Positions 12,241 through 24,640 of a stretch of 64,000 nt of DNA are shown here, one piece after another; position 1 is the first letter of the stretch; each line of letters opens with the position of its first letter. Below the pieces are notes generated by a model that saw only the letters and a list, made by a program, of their open reading frames with translations, made no database searches and had not been told where the DNA came from. Origin of the DNA: Podarcis erhardii (Eukaryota). The DNA is taken from the NCBI GenBank assembly GCA_964252035.1, contig OZ176205.1; one strand, given 5' to 3'. Both the position numbers and the translations under genes were made by a program.

Positions 12241-15200
12241 AAAGAGTATTTTCTACAAAAATGGCAACTAGGAATAGGAGGCTTTGCTGACACTCAATCC
12301 ATTTCAAGGGTAGACACAGATGCCAGGCTGTCCACATTTGGACCAGCTCTTCAATGCAGGGAAAGCCACACAATTTGACCCTCTTGTGTCTAGCTGTGCA
12401 ATCCCTGCACTATAGCCAGACCTGGTTCAGTTTGCTCTTGCAGGGTATATTGTCTCACCCCAATTTGAATGACTTTGTTGCTTGTGCTCATCCTTTGCAT
12501 GGTGGGTTGAAGGGTTTCTGAACATTCCTCTTTCCTGTACTTTTAATACTTCCTTGCAAACAAATTAAAGACTTTGAGAAAGTTCTCCTAAAAAGATATC
12601 CTTTGCATGTCACTGTATCCTATACTATATTCCTTCCACAACTAAGTTGGACCAATGATGAATTCTTCCACTACCATCTAACACCCTGAGAGAGTCACAC
12701 AGTGCCAGCTTGGAAAGAATATATCAGATTGCACAAAATGAAACCAAACCTCTGGACTCACACCCAAGCTACCTGGTCTTGATAGAAGTGAACAATTCGG
12801 AGCCATCTGATTGATACTGGAACTGCTCACCCTCAGCCAATATTGCTACCTTTTCTTCCACTGCAATGATTCCTTGCTGCATTTGCACCAGGTGGGTGAA
12901 CCTGGTTGCTTTAAGCAGAAGGCAGGGAGAGGCCATCCTGGCACTACAACAATCTTAGCTGAATCTGTGTAAGAGCCATAAAAAGAAAGGCCTGCCATGT
13001 GGGGAACATCCACAACCATAAAGACAGAGACCTACACAACTGAGCACCTTCACTCCTAAATGTCCAACTATCCCACCTCCCCAGCTGAGAATGCCACACG
13101 TTTGTTCGGAACTGACAAATATTCCCTTTGTAGGCCTGCCCACTGGCACAGAATGGCTCCCAAACACACAAAACGCACATGCTTAGCTCTTTCCCCACAA
13201 TGTATTTGCCAGCTTTATGGGCCCATTTTTCTTGTCAAGCTGACAGCGCTGCTAAGTGGATTTCTCTCTGATATGCGGACAGATTATCACATTACCCCAA
13301 TGTCCAACACAAACATATTACTTTATATTCAATAGCTCTAATGAATATAAACTGCTTTTTCTCTTTTTGGGAGGGGAAGGAGGCTGGTGGGAGGGGGCAA
13401 TCTATAGATTTTTAATGAGGGCTGCTATTTACTCCCTCCTCTTTAAAACAGGCTGAGGTGCAGCCTCTGGCTGGAAAATCAATGTTGTTATTGTTGGAAT
13501 ATTGTATATTGATATTGTAATAATAAGATGCAATTGATTTAGGGGTGCGTATGGATGGGGTCAACCCAGGGTTACTCTGCCTAGAGTGTGGTGCTGTCTC
13601 TCAAAGTGGACCATTTGTTTTAGGCAACCCAATTCCCCATTTGAACGCAGTGAATCCTCCCATCTGCACCCCTCCAAAAAGAAAAATGTTTGCAAACGGT
13701 AGCATAGCACTGGTGGCAGCCCCCGAAGGACCAAAGCTCTGCTAAGGAAAAAACAAACAAAATCTGGTTAAGAGCTGATTAGGTCCCAGGACCTCTGGGC
13801 TGTGTATGAAAAACAAAAAGATGAGTTGGCCAAGCATGGGGACAGGGCAACAAGTTTATAGTTTACATGGCCAAAAGGCTAAAGCCTGCCCTGCCCTTGT
13901 GTAAATGAGAGTTTAAATTCTGGCCCCAGCAGATGCAGACACAGACCCAAATGTGAAGTGTATGCAACAGATGACCCTGCACAGTAGGGACAGCGAGGCT
14001 AGAGATGCTGAAACAGTCCCTCATGAAATCCCAATGAGATGCTGGAACTAACTGGTCTCTGCACCCGGCCTTGGGAAATGTGCTCATTTGGAGTGAAGCT
14101 GGCTGCACCTGCATTATAGCCACCAAGACGGATCACCCAATGGCCTGCGCTGAGCAGGTCCATATTTAAGCTGTCCCCATGCTTTATGGTCTGTACAGGA
14201 GCTGATGCAGAGGCAGCGAGAGGCCATTTGTCACTGCTGGAATGGCAGATTCCTGTTAATGAATAATATCGCTGCTCTCTTTGTACAACAGCTCTCGGCA
14301 CTGGGGGGTGGGGGAGGACGTTCATTGGGCTGCCTGCCTTGCTTCTGGCTTCCCTTTATTTGCCTTTGTTACCCAACGAAAGAGTCTGCTCAAACAACCT
14401 GTGCGCCGTCACCCACTGTCACAGTATCTCACAACTCTGCCAACGCAACTGGAAATAAGGATGTTTTCTGTCTTGCCATCATACCTGTAAGTCCTAACCT
14501 TGCTGCCTGCCAGTTTGCTAACAACCAGCGCCAGACTGAAATCCATCACTCTGTGACCGATGAGCTGCCGGATGATGGCTGTATTGTTGAGAGAGCACCA
14601 AGATGCCCCCCACTGTCCATGGGTGGCTTGCACCTGTGCCTCACTCACATTGGTCTCAGCCCCTTCACCCCTTCCATGGGCCAGCTTTCTCTCAGGTTTT
14701 TCTCAAGAGCATCCCTAATGTATCACAGGTCAGAGTGATACAACAGGAAAGACAGGTGCTTTCTGGATCTAGTCAAGCATTATCTCCTGATATAAAGCCT
14801 TTTCAGCATCCACTGGCAACTGATCTGCAGACTTCCAGGGCAAAAATGAAAGGCAAGTTAGGGCAGAGTGCATTTTTCTTAGACCAATGCCTCTTGTAGG
14901 CTGAGGCAGGTTCTTCAAGGTTCAGGAGCTTCTCCCCCCAAGATGGACCAATGAAAGACAGCATATGCCTCAGCTTCACCTACACTCATTTACTCAGAAG
15001 CAAGCACAGCTGATTTCTATTATTTCACTTCCTTGTAGAAAAAGAAACAGTAGTTAGGAGGTCTAAAACTGTCACGACTGCCCCGGCCCTTTATCACAGA
15101 TAGACAGTCCTGGGTTTCTTCACAACTGCATGAACACAAGCTTCCTTCAAGCCATATTAATGATGTTAGATATTATTTGGTTGTGTCTGATTTGGTTCCA

Positions 15201-16723
15201 CTTTTTGACATCTTATACTGAATACAAAACAGAAAGCAACAAGAATAAAAATACAAGAACAAAAATGCAGGAATACAAGAATAAAAATAGAAGTGTTTAA
15301 AGCAACATGTTTCTAGTCCTCATTATTCACAAAGGAACAAAATCACTAAAATGCACCTGTGTCAATGGGGACACAGAGCTGCATGAAGTAAAGAAGACTG
15401 GTCTCATGGGAAACACTCGTCCCCTTCTCCCCACCCCAATATCCTCTCTGCTTTCTGATCCTTTATTATTAACCACAAATGTAGTAATTTTAGGCTGCTG
15501 TCCTGCATGCTAATATGACCCTCTGAAAAATAAAACAGGATGCATGAATGTGCAAATGTAAGGTACTAGTTTAAGCTTTAGCATGCATAATGTTTTTCAA
15601 TACATTCAGTTATTCTCAAAACGACCCTATCAGTTTTGCAAAAGGTGGGGAACTTAGGCAGGATCCACACTAACAGTTTTGCCACATTTCATTTCAGAGA
15701 GGTTCCTCATTGTCCCAGGACACATATTTCTGTCTTTCCTGTAAATGCACACTCCTCACAGAATTGTACTTGGTTTTTAAATACATTTTTCTTAGACAAC
15801 ATTGAATTTGTCACATTTCTGATAAGTTTGATGTATTGTGATTTAAAAGGCAGCCAGGGCAAGGGGAATGTTGAAGCAGGATATAGCTTGGATAATATCA
15901 TCTCCTTGTGGTATTTTCCCTATAATTTTCTCTACTACTTTTTAAAAAATAGTATTTTGCAAAACCTGCAATCAGAATAAAATATAGCAGATTAAGAAAC
16001 TCTATTCGAATTCTAATGTGTCATATTTGCATCATTTCTAACCAAGGGCACCCTACTGGTTCAAGTTCCAGGTCAGATGCAAAACTAACTCAAGTGAGCT
16101 CCCTTTGCTGTCTCAAGAAAACCCATGACATTGCTGCGTCCACAAATAAATTCTCAGCCTTTTAATCAGCCTTGTCTTTAGTCACAGGGGATCACAACAG
16201 TGCCAGTTTCAATCCCAGTGCCCTTTCAAAATATAGGAAGCTGAGAAGGGGTTGTTGCCACCATAGGCTCAGAACCCCTTGAAGTCAGCCAGTTTAAACA
16301 GCCTGTTTGCCCTATTTGTGTCCAAGTTCCGTAAATTTTAAAAGGGGGGGGGGTTATTAAGGATGATGGGATAATGAGCATATGGAATAAGCTTGTTAGA
16401 ACCAAATACTAATCTCAACATACTATAGTTTCAAGTACGATCCAAAGCAAATACTAAATTTCTCTATAGCTCTCATTGTTTCACCCATACTTCACAATCC
16501 TTTGCACCCTCCTTTATTCCCTGTTTGGGAAATTTCACTGCTCAAATAGTTCAAGCCCACACTTGTTTCCATATAACTGCAAAGGTCAGTTTCTCATACT
16601 GGCGCATAAAGAATGAAGTCCTAATGCTGACTTCATTCAATCGCTGTGTACTCTGTGAGGAATATCTAACAGATAATGGAGTTAGCCTGAGCATACTGCT
16701 GATCAATTAATGTGTTTTTTGGG

Positions 16724-16915
16724 GGGATGGAATCATGGCTCAGTGCTTAAGCACATGCTGAAGGGTTCAGTTCCTAGCATCTCTAGTTAAAGGGTTCACA
16801 GGTAAACTGGACTAGAAAAGGCCACTTCCTAAAACACAGGTAACTGTTGCTGCCAATTGGAGCAGGCAGCACTGGCCCAGGTGGATCAGTGCTCTGACTC
16901 AGTATAAAAAACACA
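16724..16915 (+). mobile_element. Decayed tRNA-derived SINE with CR1-type tail
   Basis: Head tggctcagtgcttaagcac...ggttcagttcc (A/B boxes); tail ggtggatcagtgctctgactcagtataa. Confidence 0.55.
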
Positions 16916-19900
16916 TAATATGGCCATAGAAACAGGCAAGGAACCTGAGTCATAAAACAGGGCATCTTAGAAGCCATTCCTGTGAAGCTGATTTTCACGT
17001 AGACCTGTCACTTTTAATCACAAACCTCTTTGAGGGAAATGAACTGCTTGCTACATGGAACAGCCACACTGTAGTACTTTTTAAATAGTCACTACTGTGT
17101 GTGACAGCTTCTTTGCATGAATCAGACCAAATTACACCACACTTAGCTCTCAAAGCCTCAGCCACCAACTAGATGCAGCCGCTGCATGTGTATTATCTAT
17201 GCAAGTTCTTTATGTGTTTACACACACAACAGAAATCTGTGGCTATGAGTTCCACAGTAGAATAGCATGTTTAGTTGAAATAGCACTTGCTGAATTAAAA
17301 AGATGAAGTTAATGGACTAACGGAATATGAAATTCCTTCCAAGCCCACAAGACAGTCGCAATGCCACCAGAATACAGAATGACAACAACGAACCAGAAGT
17401 GAGAATTAAATTGGGGTGTTCTCTCTCTCCTCCCTCATACCTTCAATATGGCCCCAGTGGGAAGGTCCCTGGGACTGCCGGCAGGTATCTCAGATAGTGC
17501 TGACAGCAGATGGACAGAAAATTAAGAATAACTTACCTCATTATCTGCAATTACATTACTGCCACACACCTCATTTCTTCGCAAAGAAAAGAAAATTAGT
17601 TTTATATTGACTTCATCCTAGCACTTTTCCCAACCGGCCACTGGATAAACCACTCATTGTTTGAAGGTGGGGATTTGGGACATAGAGTGGGGGGTGGGCT
17701 TTGATGCTTCAATGAATAACAATTTATCCTAACCTGTTGCCTAAAGGTGAGACTCCCCTCATACACAGGAGTCCATGTTTTTGTGTGGAAGGATAGGTTT
17801 AGGAATGAGACACAAGTTACTAGGGCTTGATCTTGGATTATTAGCCCCTGAAATGAGAAACTTCAATTCACAAATCACCCGTATGGTAGTCAATGGCATT
17901 CAAAAGGCCCAGCCTGGAGGTGAGAAGTTCTCAGGCCATATAGGGATCTGTGTCTGCTATACACAACATGCTTCATTTCCATTTCCTGTCTGGCCCCTGC
18001 CATGGGATGTCACCTTTCCAACGTACATAAAGACCCCAAACAATGGCCTGCCCCCAAGGGCCAGCATGCCTGAGAACCGAAATGGGGGAAGCGTGCAGGG
18101 AAGGGGCAGCAGGTTACAATGGAGACATTTCCCCCTGTGTCGGCATCCTGCAACCTCTCCATCCATTAGCCGTAATTGCTGGCAGCAGAATAACAGCATT
18201 TTTAAAAGCAGAGCTTTGCTCTGCTGGGCAGAAAGAAGGGGGAACATGCTCTCTGCTTCAAGGTGCAAATGCCAGGCTCCCATCTGTCAGGAGGAAGGGC
18301 AGAGGGAGCCACCCGAGGGCCCGTCACATATCCAATTTGCTCGAGAACATGGAATGGTCCTGCATGCAAAGGGAACACAAGGAATCCTTGAGCAGGTAGA
18401 AATCATGCCCAGCTCTGGGCTAAACAAGTTGCCCCCTGCTGAGAGATGAAGAGGCTGACAGTGATTCACATCTTCATTTACAGCCTTAGAAAAAGGCTAG
18501 ACCATCCTAATGGCTCACCACTTTTATCCCTGCAAATATATACTATATCTATATCTCGCCTGCATCCAACACTCTAAATACAGGTTAGCGGTGGCTTGCC
18601 AGAATCCTAATATGTGCTGAATTCAGCCTGTGGTAGCATATGCTATACTACAGGCTTGGGATGGATAGCAGTGTACAGTACAAAAGTTAGACATAGAAAG
18701 TCATTTCCAGTGGTTACTATGAGCTGAAATGTTTGAGGCTCAGTGAGGAAGACACTCAGCCTGCTAAATTTCTCACATATTGTGGGTGGTGCTGAACTCA
18801 GTTGTGGGTGGTGCCATCACTTTTCAATGTCTCCCTCCCCACTTTGTGGGTGTGGAGGGGGGCCTGGCCCTTGCTAGAGGTCTGACCTCATCACTTGTAA
18901 ATTCCTTTGAATCTAGGCTGAGGGTTTCCCAACTGGCCTGTGCCAACCATGCCAAAGGTCTCTTCACTGAGGACAGAGAAAGGCAACTTTTTTGGAGAAT
19001 GGCCAAAGTATTGTTTGGATTGCCATTTAGTGGCCTCGGTTAACCTGGCATGCAATGAGGTGGAAGGCTGGTGAGGCTCAAATCCAGTTGCCATTCAAAA
19101 CAGATGTATAAATAAATACCAGCCATCACATTGCCTGAATGATCTACTGTTCTATGTAGTTGTTTCATGTTTATCCTGCTGCTCAAGGAGCTCAGAAGCA
19201 TTTTGGCCTCCTGAGGTAAACTGGGCTAAGAAAGGGATTTGCTACCATATCTACCATACTTTCAGAAAAATATTGTTCCCAGCTAGGAGTTCACAATCTT
19301 GTTCACCATTTTTGCCATACTGACATACAGTCAGGCTCTAGTAAAAAAGAGAAGCCCAAGTCTCTGCTGAAGGGAGAAGGAAGAGATACGTTGACTAGTC
19401 TCTGCCTTGCTAGGGATTCCAAGTATAGAGGCAAAACAAGTACAGATGGTGACCATTTTAGGCACGATCACTGATGTGTGGGTCCTTTTGGACCCGGAAG
19501 AAGTCACAATGGGGCGTAACAGGGCACAAAATGGTTGTTGCCTGTAAACTCATTTCCACTTCCCTTGTCTAGCTCTGCGATGAAGCAGGGGCAGAGGGAT
19601 GTAGAGGCACATGGGCTTGTTTGCACCTGCCATGCATTTTGAACACCCAGCAACTACAGAGGCAAAGCAAGCCTCTTCTCACCTCCAGTTCCAAGATGGA
19701 GAGGGCAGGAGGTTATTTTCACACTGTGCAAAATGTTCCACCACCACTCCAGCTCCGGACTTCCAGCTGGAGAAGGAAGCAGGGGAATGCTCTCGGATTT
19801 GTGCTATGTTTCAGGGGTCCAGTATGCGGTCAAGGACCAGGCCCCACCCGCTGAAGGATGATGATGATACTCTTGGCACCAACAAATTTTGGGTTGGCCA

Positions 19901-20339
19901 CCAAGGCAAGAAATATTTACTGGCCTCTAACCCCAACTCTAGTACCTGAGATGCCAGAGATTGAAACTGATACCTTATACATGCAAAAAGTATTGTCACA
20001 AAGCAATGATTCCTCCCATGCTTCTCTTAAGGACAATTATGATTATGTTATGAAAACAGTCACTGTTGGCTTGATCCCTAGGATACACCTGTGCATAGAT
20101 GAGTGTCCAACAGGCAAGGCATTTGTTCTCTCCAGCATTTCCTTCTTTCCTGGCCAGGCCTGAAGAGTAGCTTCCTTGCTATACCCTAGGAGCTGCATTC
20201 CTCATCAGCCTCCTTTCTCCCTGGCCACCATCCAAATAAAAAAAAGAACATCCCATGACATCATATCCCCTTCCACTCGCTCAACATTTATATTTGTTAA
20301 ACTTTTTAGCAAACTTTCAGATTTTTGTGTGCATTTGAA

Positions 20340-20490
20340 GTTCTCAGGATTTACTCAACATCTTCAGAACTGGTATTCAGAAGTATAATGTCTCCAGCAG
20401 TGGAGGCAGAACATAGGCATCATGACTAGTAGTCAATGACAGCCTTATTCTCCATTAATTTGTCTAATCCTCTTTTAAAGCTATCCCAGT
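20340..20490 (-). mobile_element. CR1 LINE 3' fragment
   Basis: tctccattaatttgtctaatcctcttttaaagctatccca matches the recalled reverse complement of the CR1 ORF2 end/3' region. Confidence 0.55.
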
Positions 20491-20979
20491 TTCAGAAGCC
20501 AGTTCTGAAAGTTACAGTTCTTATGATGATCAGCTGTGATAGAAACAGTTCAGGTAGACTGACGGAAAGGCTGCTGCTAAGTGATGGTTGAGAAAGCACC
20601 AAAGGCTGCTGGTCTCTCGGCAGAACCAATAGAATAGTCCTGCTTCCCTTCTCTCCTTCTGCTCTGCAGCCAGATTCTACCTGCCTTGCTTTGATCTGGA
20701 GGGTCAGAAGCTGTGCTCTTTTGCAACTTAAAGTGTTTGTGTACCTAGGACTGCATTGTATAAGATTACCTTTGGGTCTTGTATAGCTCTGTAATGGTAT
20801 GGCTATCATTCAACCCAAGTCACAGCTTGCAAACTAATTCTGGGGCTCATATAGAAAGGTGCTTTCAAGGCATGTGAGGAGGAAATTTCTATCAAGTCTC
20901 CCACCATCAGCCATTTCTAATAATGAGATGTGGTAACAGCCTCCTGTTGTGGCTGGATACTAAAGAAAACCAGTTCTTA

Positions 20980-21105
20980 AAAAGATGTAATTTTGTATGC
21001 ATTGTTATTTATTCTATGATTTGGCTGCTTGCTTTTTATTTTGTGTTCTATACACCATATCTGTATGGTGGGTTATAAATACTTTAATAAAATAAAAATA
21101 AATCA
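20980..21105 (+). mobile_element. Decayed L2-type LINE 3' tail
   Basis: T-rich body ending gggttataaatactttaataaaataaaataaat. Confidence 0.45.
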
Positions 21106-21229
21106 TAAATGTACATCAGCTTTGTAATACGCTATTATCTGCATCTACCTTAAGATTCATAAATGCTTTCGTAAATCAGAAAAATCCTGTAAGCCAGGCC
21201 CCAAATGCAGCCATTATCTCTATTAATAT

Positions 21230-21450
21230 ATTTATTTGTATCCTGTCCTTCCTCTAAGTAGCTCAGGGTGAAATATATGGTTCCTCTTCCCTTCTATGAT
21301 CACACAAGTCACGTGAGTTAGGTTAGGCTGAGAGGCAGGAAACAGGCCCAATGTCAAATAGCAGGCTTTGTAGCTGAGCAAGGATTTCAACTCCAGCCTT
21401 CCTGGTCTAAGTCCAACACTCTAGTGACTGTCACTACACCACACTAACTC
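21230..21450 (-). mobile_element. MIR/Ther1-derived squamate SINE (Squam3-like)
   Basis: gttaggttaggctgagag...ggcccaatgtca...gctgagcaaggatttcaactcc...tctaagtccaacactcta...cactacaccacact. Confidence 0.65.
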
Positions 21451-22737
21451 TCACGAGGCCACAGGCAGCTTTTGCTGCATGCTTGAGGTGGCCTTTGGCC
21501 CCAGCAATTCTTTATGGGATGCTATTTTCCACAACTCCTGAACACAGTCATGTTCTAAAGGAAAAAAGTCTCAAAGAGCTGTATTTCTGTCAACCAAGCC
21601 CACATTGGGGCTTTCTGACGGCTGTCTTAACAATGGCAAGGCTGGTGAGACATCTTCATTAAGCACAGTCTCAGCCACATGCAAGGTCTCCCATGAATGT
21701 CCACCTGCCCTTTCGGACTTACTCTTCTTCACTACTTTTCCTAAGTCCCAACTCTTTACTGCAGACAATTTGAACACTGAATTTGTACTGTTGCAAAGAA
21801 CTCCAGCATTGGAACCACCAGCACCTTGAAATTACCATATGACAGGACACAAGCTGTAATAAAAATATCTTTACTTGTCAGTGAAAGACAGTCAGAGAAG
21901 GAGCCACCCACATTTTGTGAAGCAATGTCTATCTCCTGTTCCCATAAAATACTGAAGCATATAGTATTTATTCACAGAAATGCAGGGCATTCTCCTCCAA
22001 TGTGGTACCCACTCTTTGAAACTCCTTCCTCTGGCAGATCAGACTGGCAAGGTTGTGAAGAGTTGGTGAAAAACTGCACACCAAGGTGCTTGTGGCTTGT
22101 GGGCTTTCATGACTGTTCTTTGTGTTTTATTATGATGGGTTTAGATAGCCTTGAGTTCCTAGCAATGCCTAGAAAGAGTTCTGAAAATGTTTATGCAGAA
22201 ACAAATAGATGAATAAATGCAGGGTGGACTACCTGGGCATATAGTGGGACACCAAGGACCTGCACTGGAGAAAAAATTACTCAGCCTCTGTGATTAATAC
22301 CACTCACCCAGCCCTGATGCATACATAATGCTGCTCAATAGTAATGAAGTGTTAACAGAGCCATTTCCTCAGAAATTCCTTTTTATCTTTCCATAAGTCT
22401 TTATAAAGGCAGAAGCAACGGCATTTCCCACCTGTCAGGATATTTGTGGAATGGGACAAGTCACTTACGACACTTCTGAAAGTTCTGTTTTATTTATGAA
22501 GGAGTTGGACAGACATCCAGTTAAGAAAAACATCAATCTATTTAGCCTGGTAGGTTCTACAGAGTTTTCTTGAGTCTCAGGAAGACGTCCTTCTCAGTCC
22601 TGCTATGTGAGAACTTTTTAACCAGATAACCCAAGGAATCTATCTGTGTCTTCATATGAACACTGCCAAGCTGATGTTCTTCCACACCCCTCTCACCTCA
22701 GAAGTTTCTCCAGTGGCAGACACTAGACTGGTACCTA

Positions 22738-22924
22738 GCAACATAACCTTATGCCAAGTCAGACACTGGTCCATCCAGCTCATTGTTGTCTATACAGACT
22801 GGCTTGTGGCTCCCCAGGGTTTTAGGCAGAGAAGTTTCCTCCAGACCTACTTGGAGGTGCCAGGCACTGAACTTGGTACTTTTTGCATGTAAACCACGTG
22901 CTCTTCTACAGAACTACATTCCTT
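22738..22924 (-). mobile_element. tRNA-derived SINE with CR1-type tail, near full length
   Basis: Reverse strand gives a tRNA-like head (tgtagttctgtagaagagcac...ccaagttcagtgcc) and tail gagctggatggaccagtgtctgact. Confidence 0.7.
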
Positions 22925-23582
22925 CACCTTGTAGTGAGGTCATGGTCTACAAACCTGCAAACCACACTTGGAGGCAGTATATGCCTGAAAACCAGTTTGT
23001 GGAAACCATAGGAAGGCAAAGTGCTCACATGCTCATGCCCTGCATGCAAGTTTCCCACAGGCATCTGGCTGGCTGCTATGAGAACAGGATACTGGACTAG
23101 ATGGGACATTAAGACTCTTCTTACATTCTAATGAGATGCTCCATCTGGTCTCTTCTCTGTGCTACACTCAATTTTATAGCCACAAACTAAAAAAAAAAGG
23201 GGGGGAAGGCCACATTGGGGCCACTGAAAGTGCTTGTGTGCACAACAAGAATGCTGGGAGATAGAAATGAACCAGCAGCTGACTGCAAATATAACCTCTG
23301 TTCACCAGAAAGCTCTCTGTAAACTCTGCCGAAATGAGAGCTGAACCTTGCAGCTACACTGAAGCTTTGCAATATGGGCATTGCCTATTCCTTTGTATAA
23401 AGACAGAGATGGAAAGTCTGGATGTGAAAAGCCATGGCATGGTCAGATACAGTAAGGCTAAAACTGTGCCCCCTTCCCCTCCATGAGATAACGACCAGGC
23501 TGATATTGAAGGATAACAGTGGTTCGGCAATAAGAGGGGGGGAAGCAATTTCATCTTTATTAGTGGGAGAATTCTCTTTTAG

Positions 23583-23722
23583 NNNNNNNNNNNNNNNNNN
23601 NNNNNNNNNNNNNNNNNNNNNNNNNNNNNNNNNNNNNNNNNNNNNNNNNNNNNNNNNNNNNNNNNNNNNNNNNNNNNNNNNNNNNNNNNNNNNNNNNNNN
23701 NNNNNNNNNNNNNNNNNNNNNN
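23583..23722. other. Assembly gap (140 N)
   Basis: Run of n characters. Confidence 0.99.
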
Positions 23723-23769
23723 GAGGAGTGGAGATTTTTTTTCCTACTTTGCGCAAAAAAAAATCCTCA

Positions 23770-24640
23770 TAAAGTGTTTATTAAGAGCGGGTAAGAAGGG
23801 GATAATGATGTGTTTGGAAATTAAGGCAATCAAACATTTAATGCTATGCACTCCTGTAGGCAAAAGCATTCAAATGAGTCAATTAGACATCCATTATCCA
23901 GGCACGATTAAACACGGCAGAACGAGAGGCTGTCCGCCCCAGTGCCTGTTTGTGCTGAGGACTTATGCCCACTTAAAGCTGGCTAATAAAACACTAAACT
24001 TGGAAGAGGATGCAAAATGCGGGTGTGGGGGGGGGGCAAAGGAAGGAAGGTAAGACATAAGGAAGTGGATTGCCAGGATGACAGGCAGGCCATGAGAGGA
24101 GGGACAATGATGTAGTGGTGTCTTGTGGACCAGGGTTTCATAAATCACAATAATTAAGTTAACACGGAAATCAACTTCACCATCCCGTTAAATTACAGCA
24201 TTTGCATATTAGGGCTCAAATGAAGTCTGTGTTTTGGCAGGACAAGGAGCGGGCTGGAGAGAGGGGAAAAGTAGAGTGGGAGGGGAGGAAGGAGGGAGCT
24301 GATAAGGGATCCATTTATTATGGTGAATAACTAATTTCAGAATTTATAGTGCTGGATTTTCGTCCCCATGCCATTTATATTACCGGTGGAAATTAAGGGG
24401 CGGGCAGGAGGCTGGCTGGACATCTTTCTGCGTTATTGCTTGTCTGCCATTTGCAAATCATTATTAATTGTGGCCCACGCACATGGTGCAGCAGGCCACA
24501 GCGCCTGGACAGACAGTGCCAGCACACATATCTCTTCATCAGGCCCCCAGCCACTGGCCCTGAGAGGCAATTACCCCTCCCTGATTGGTATCAGATAAGG
24601 AGGGAATTTTTACAAATTAGAGAATAAATAGGATTTCCAC
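23770..24640. promoter_or_regulatory. Candidate conserved non-coding element cluster 3
   Basis: AP-1 TGAGTCA 23875-23881; PBX-HOX TGATTTATG (minus strand) 24139-24147; TAATTAAGTTAAC; CpG retention; no recognisable repeats. Confidence 0.6.

Noticed and set aside
14205-14738. 177-aa ORF
   Set aside because: No homology recognised; intronic and antisense to ERI3.
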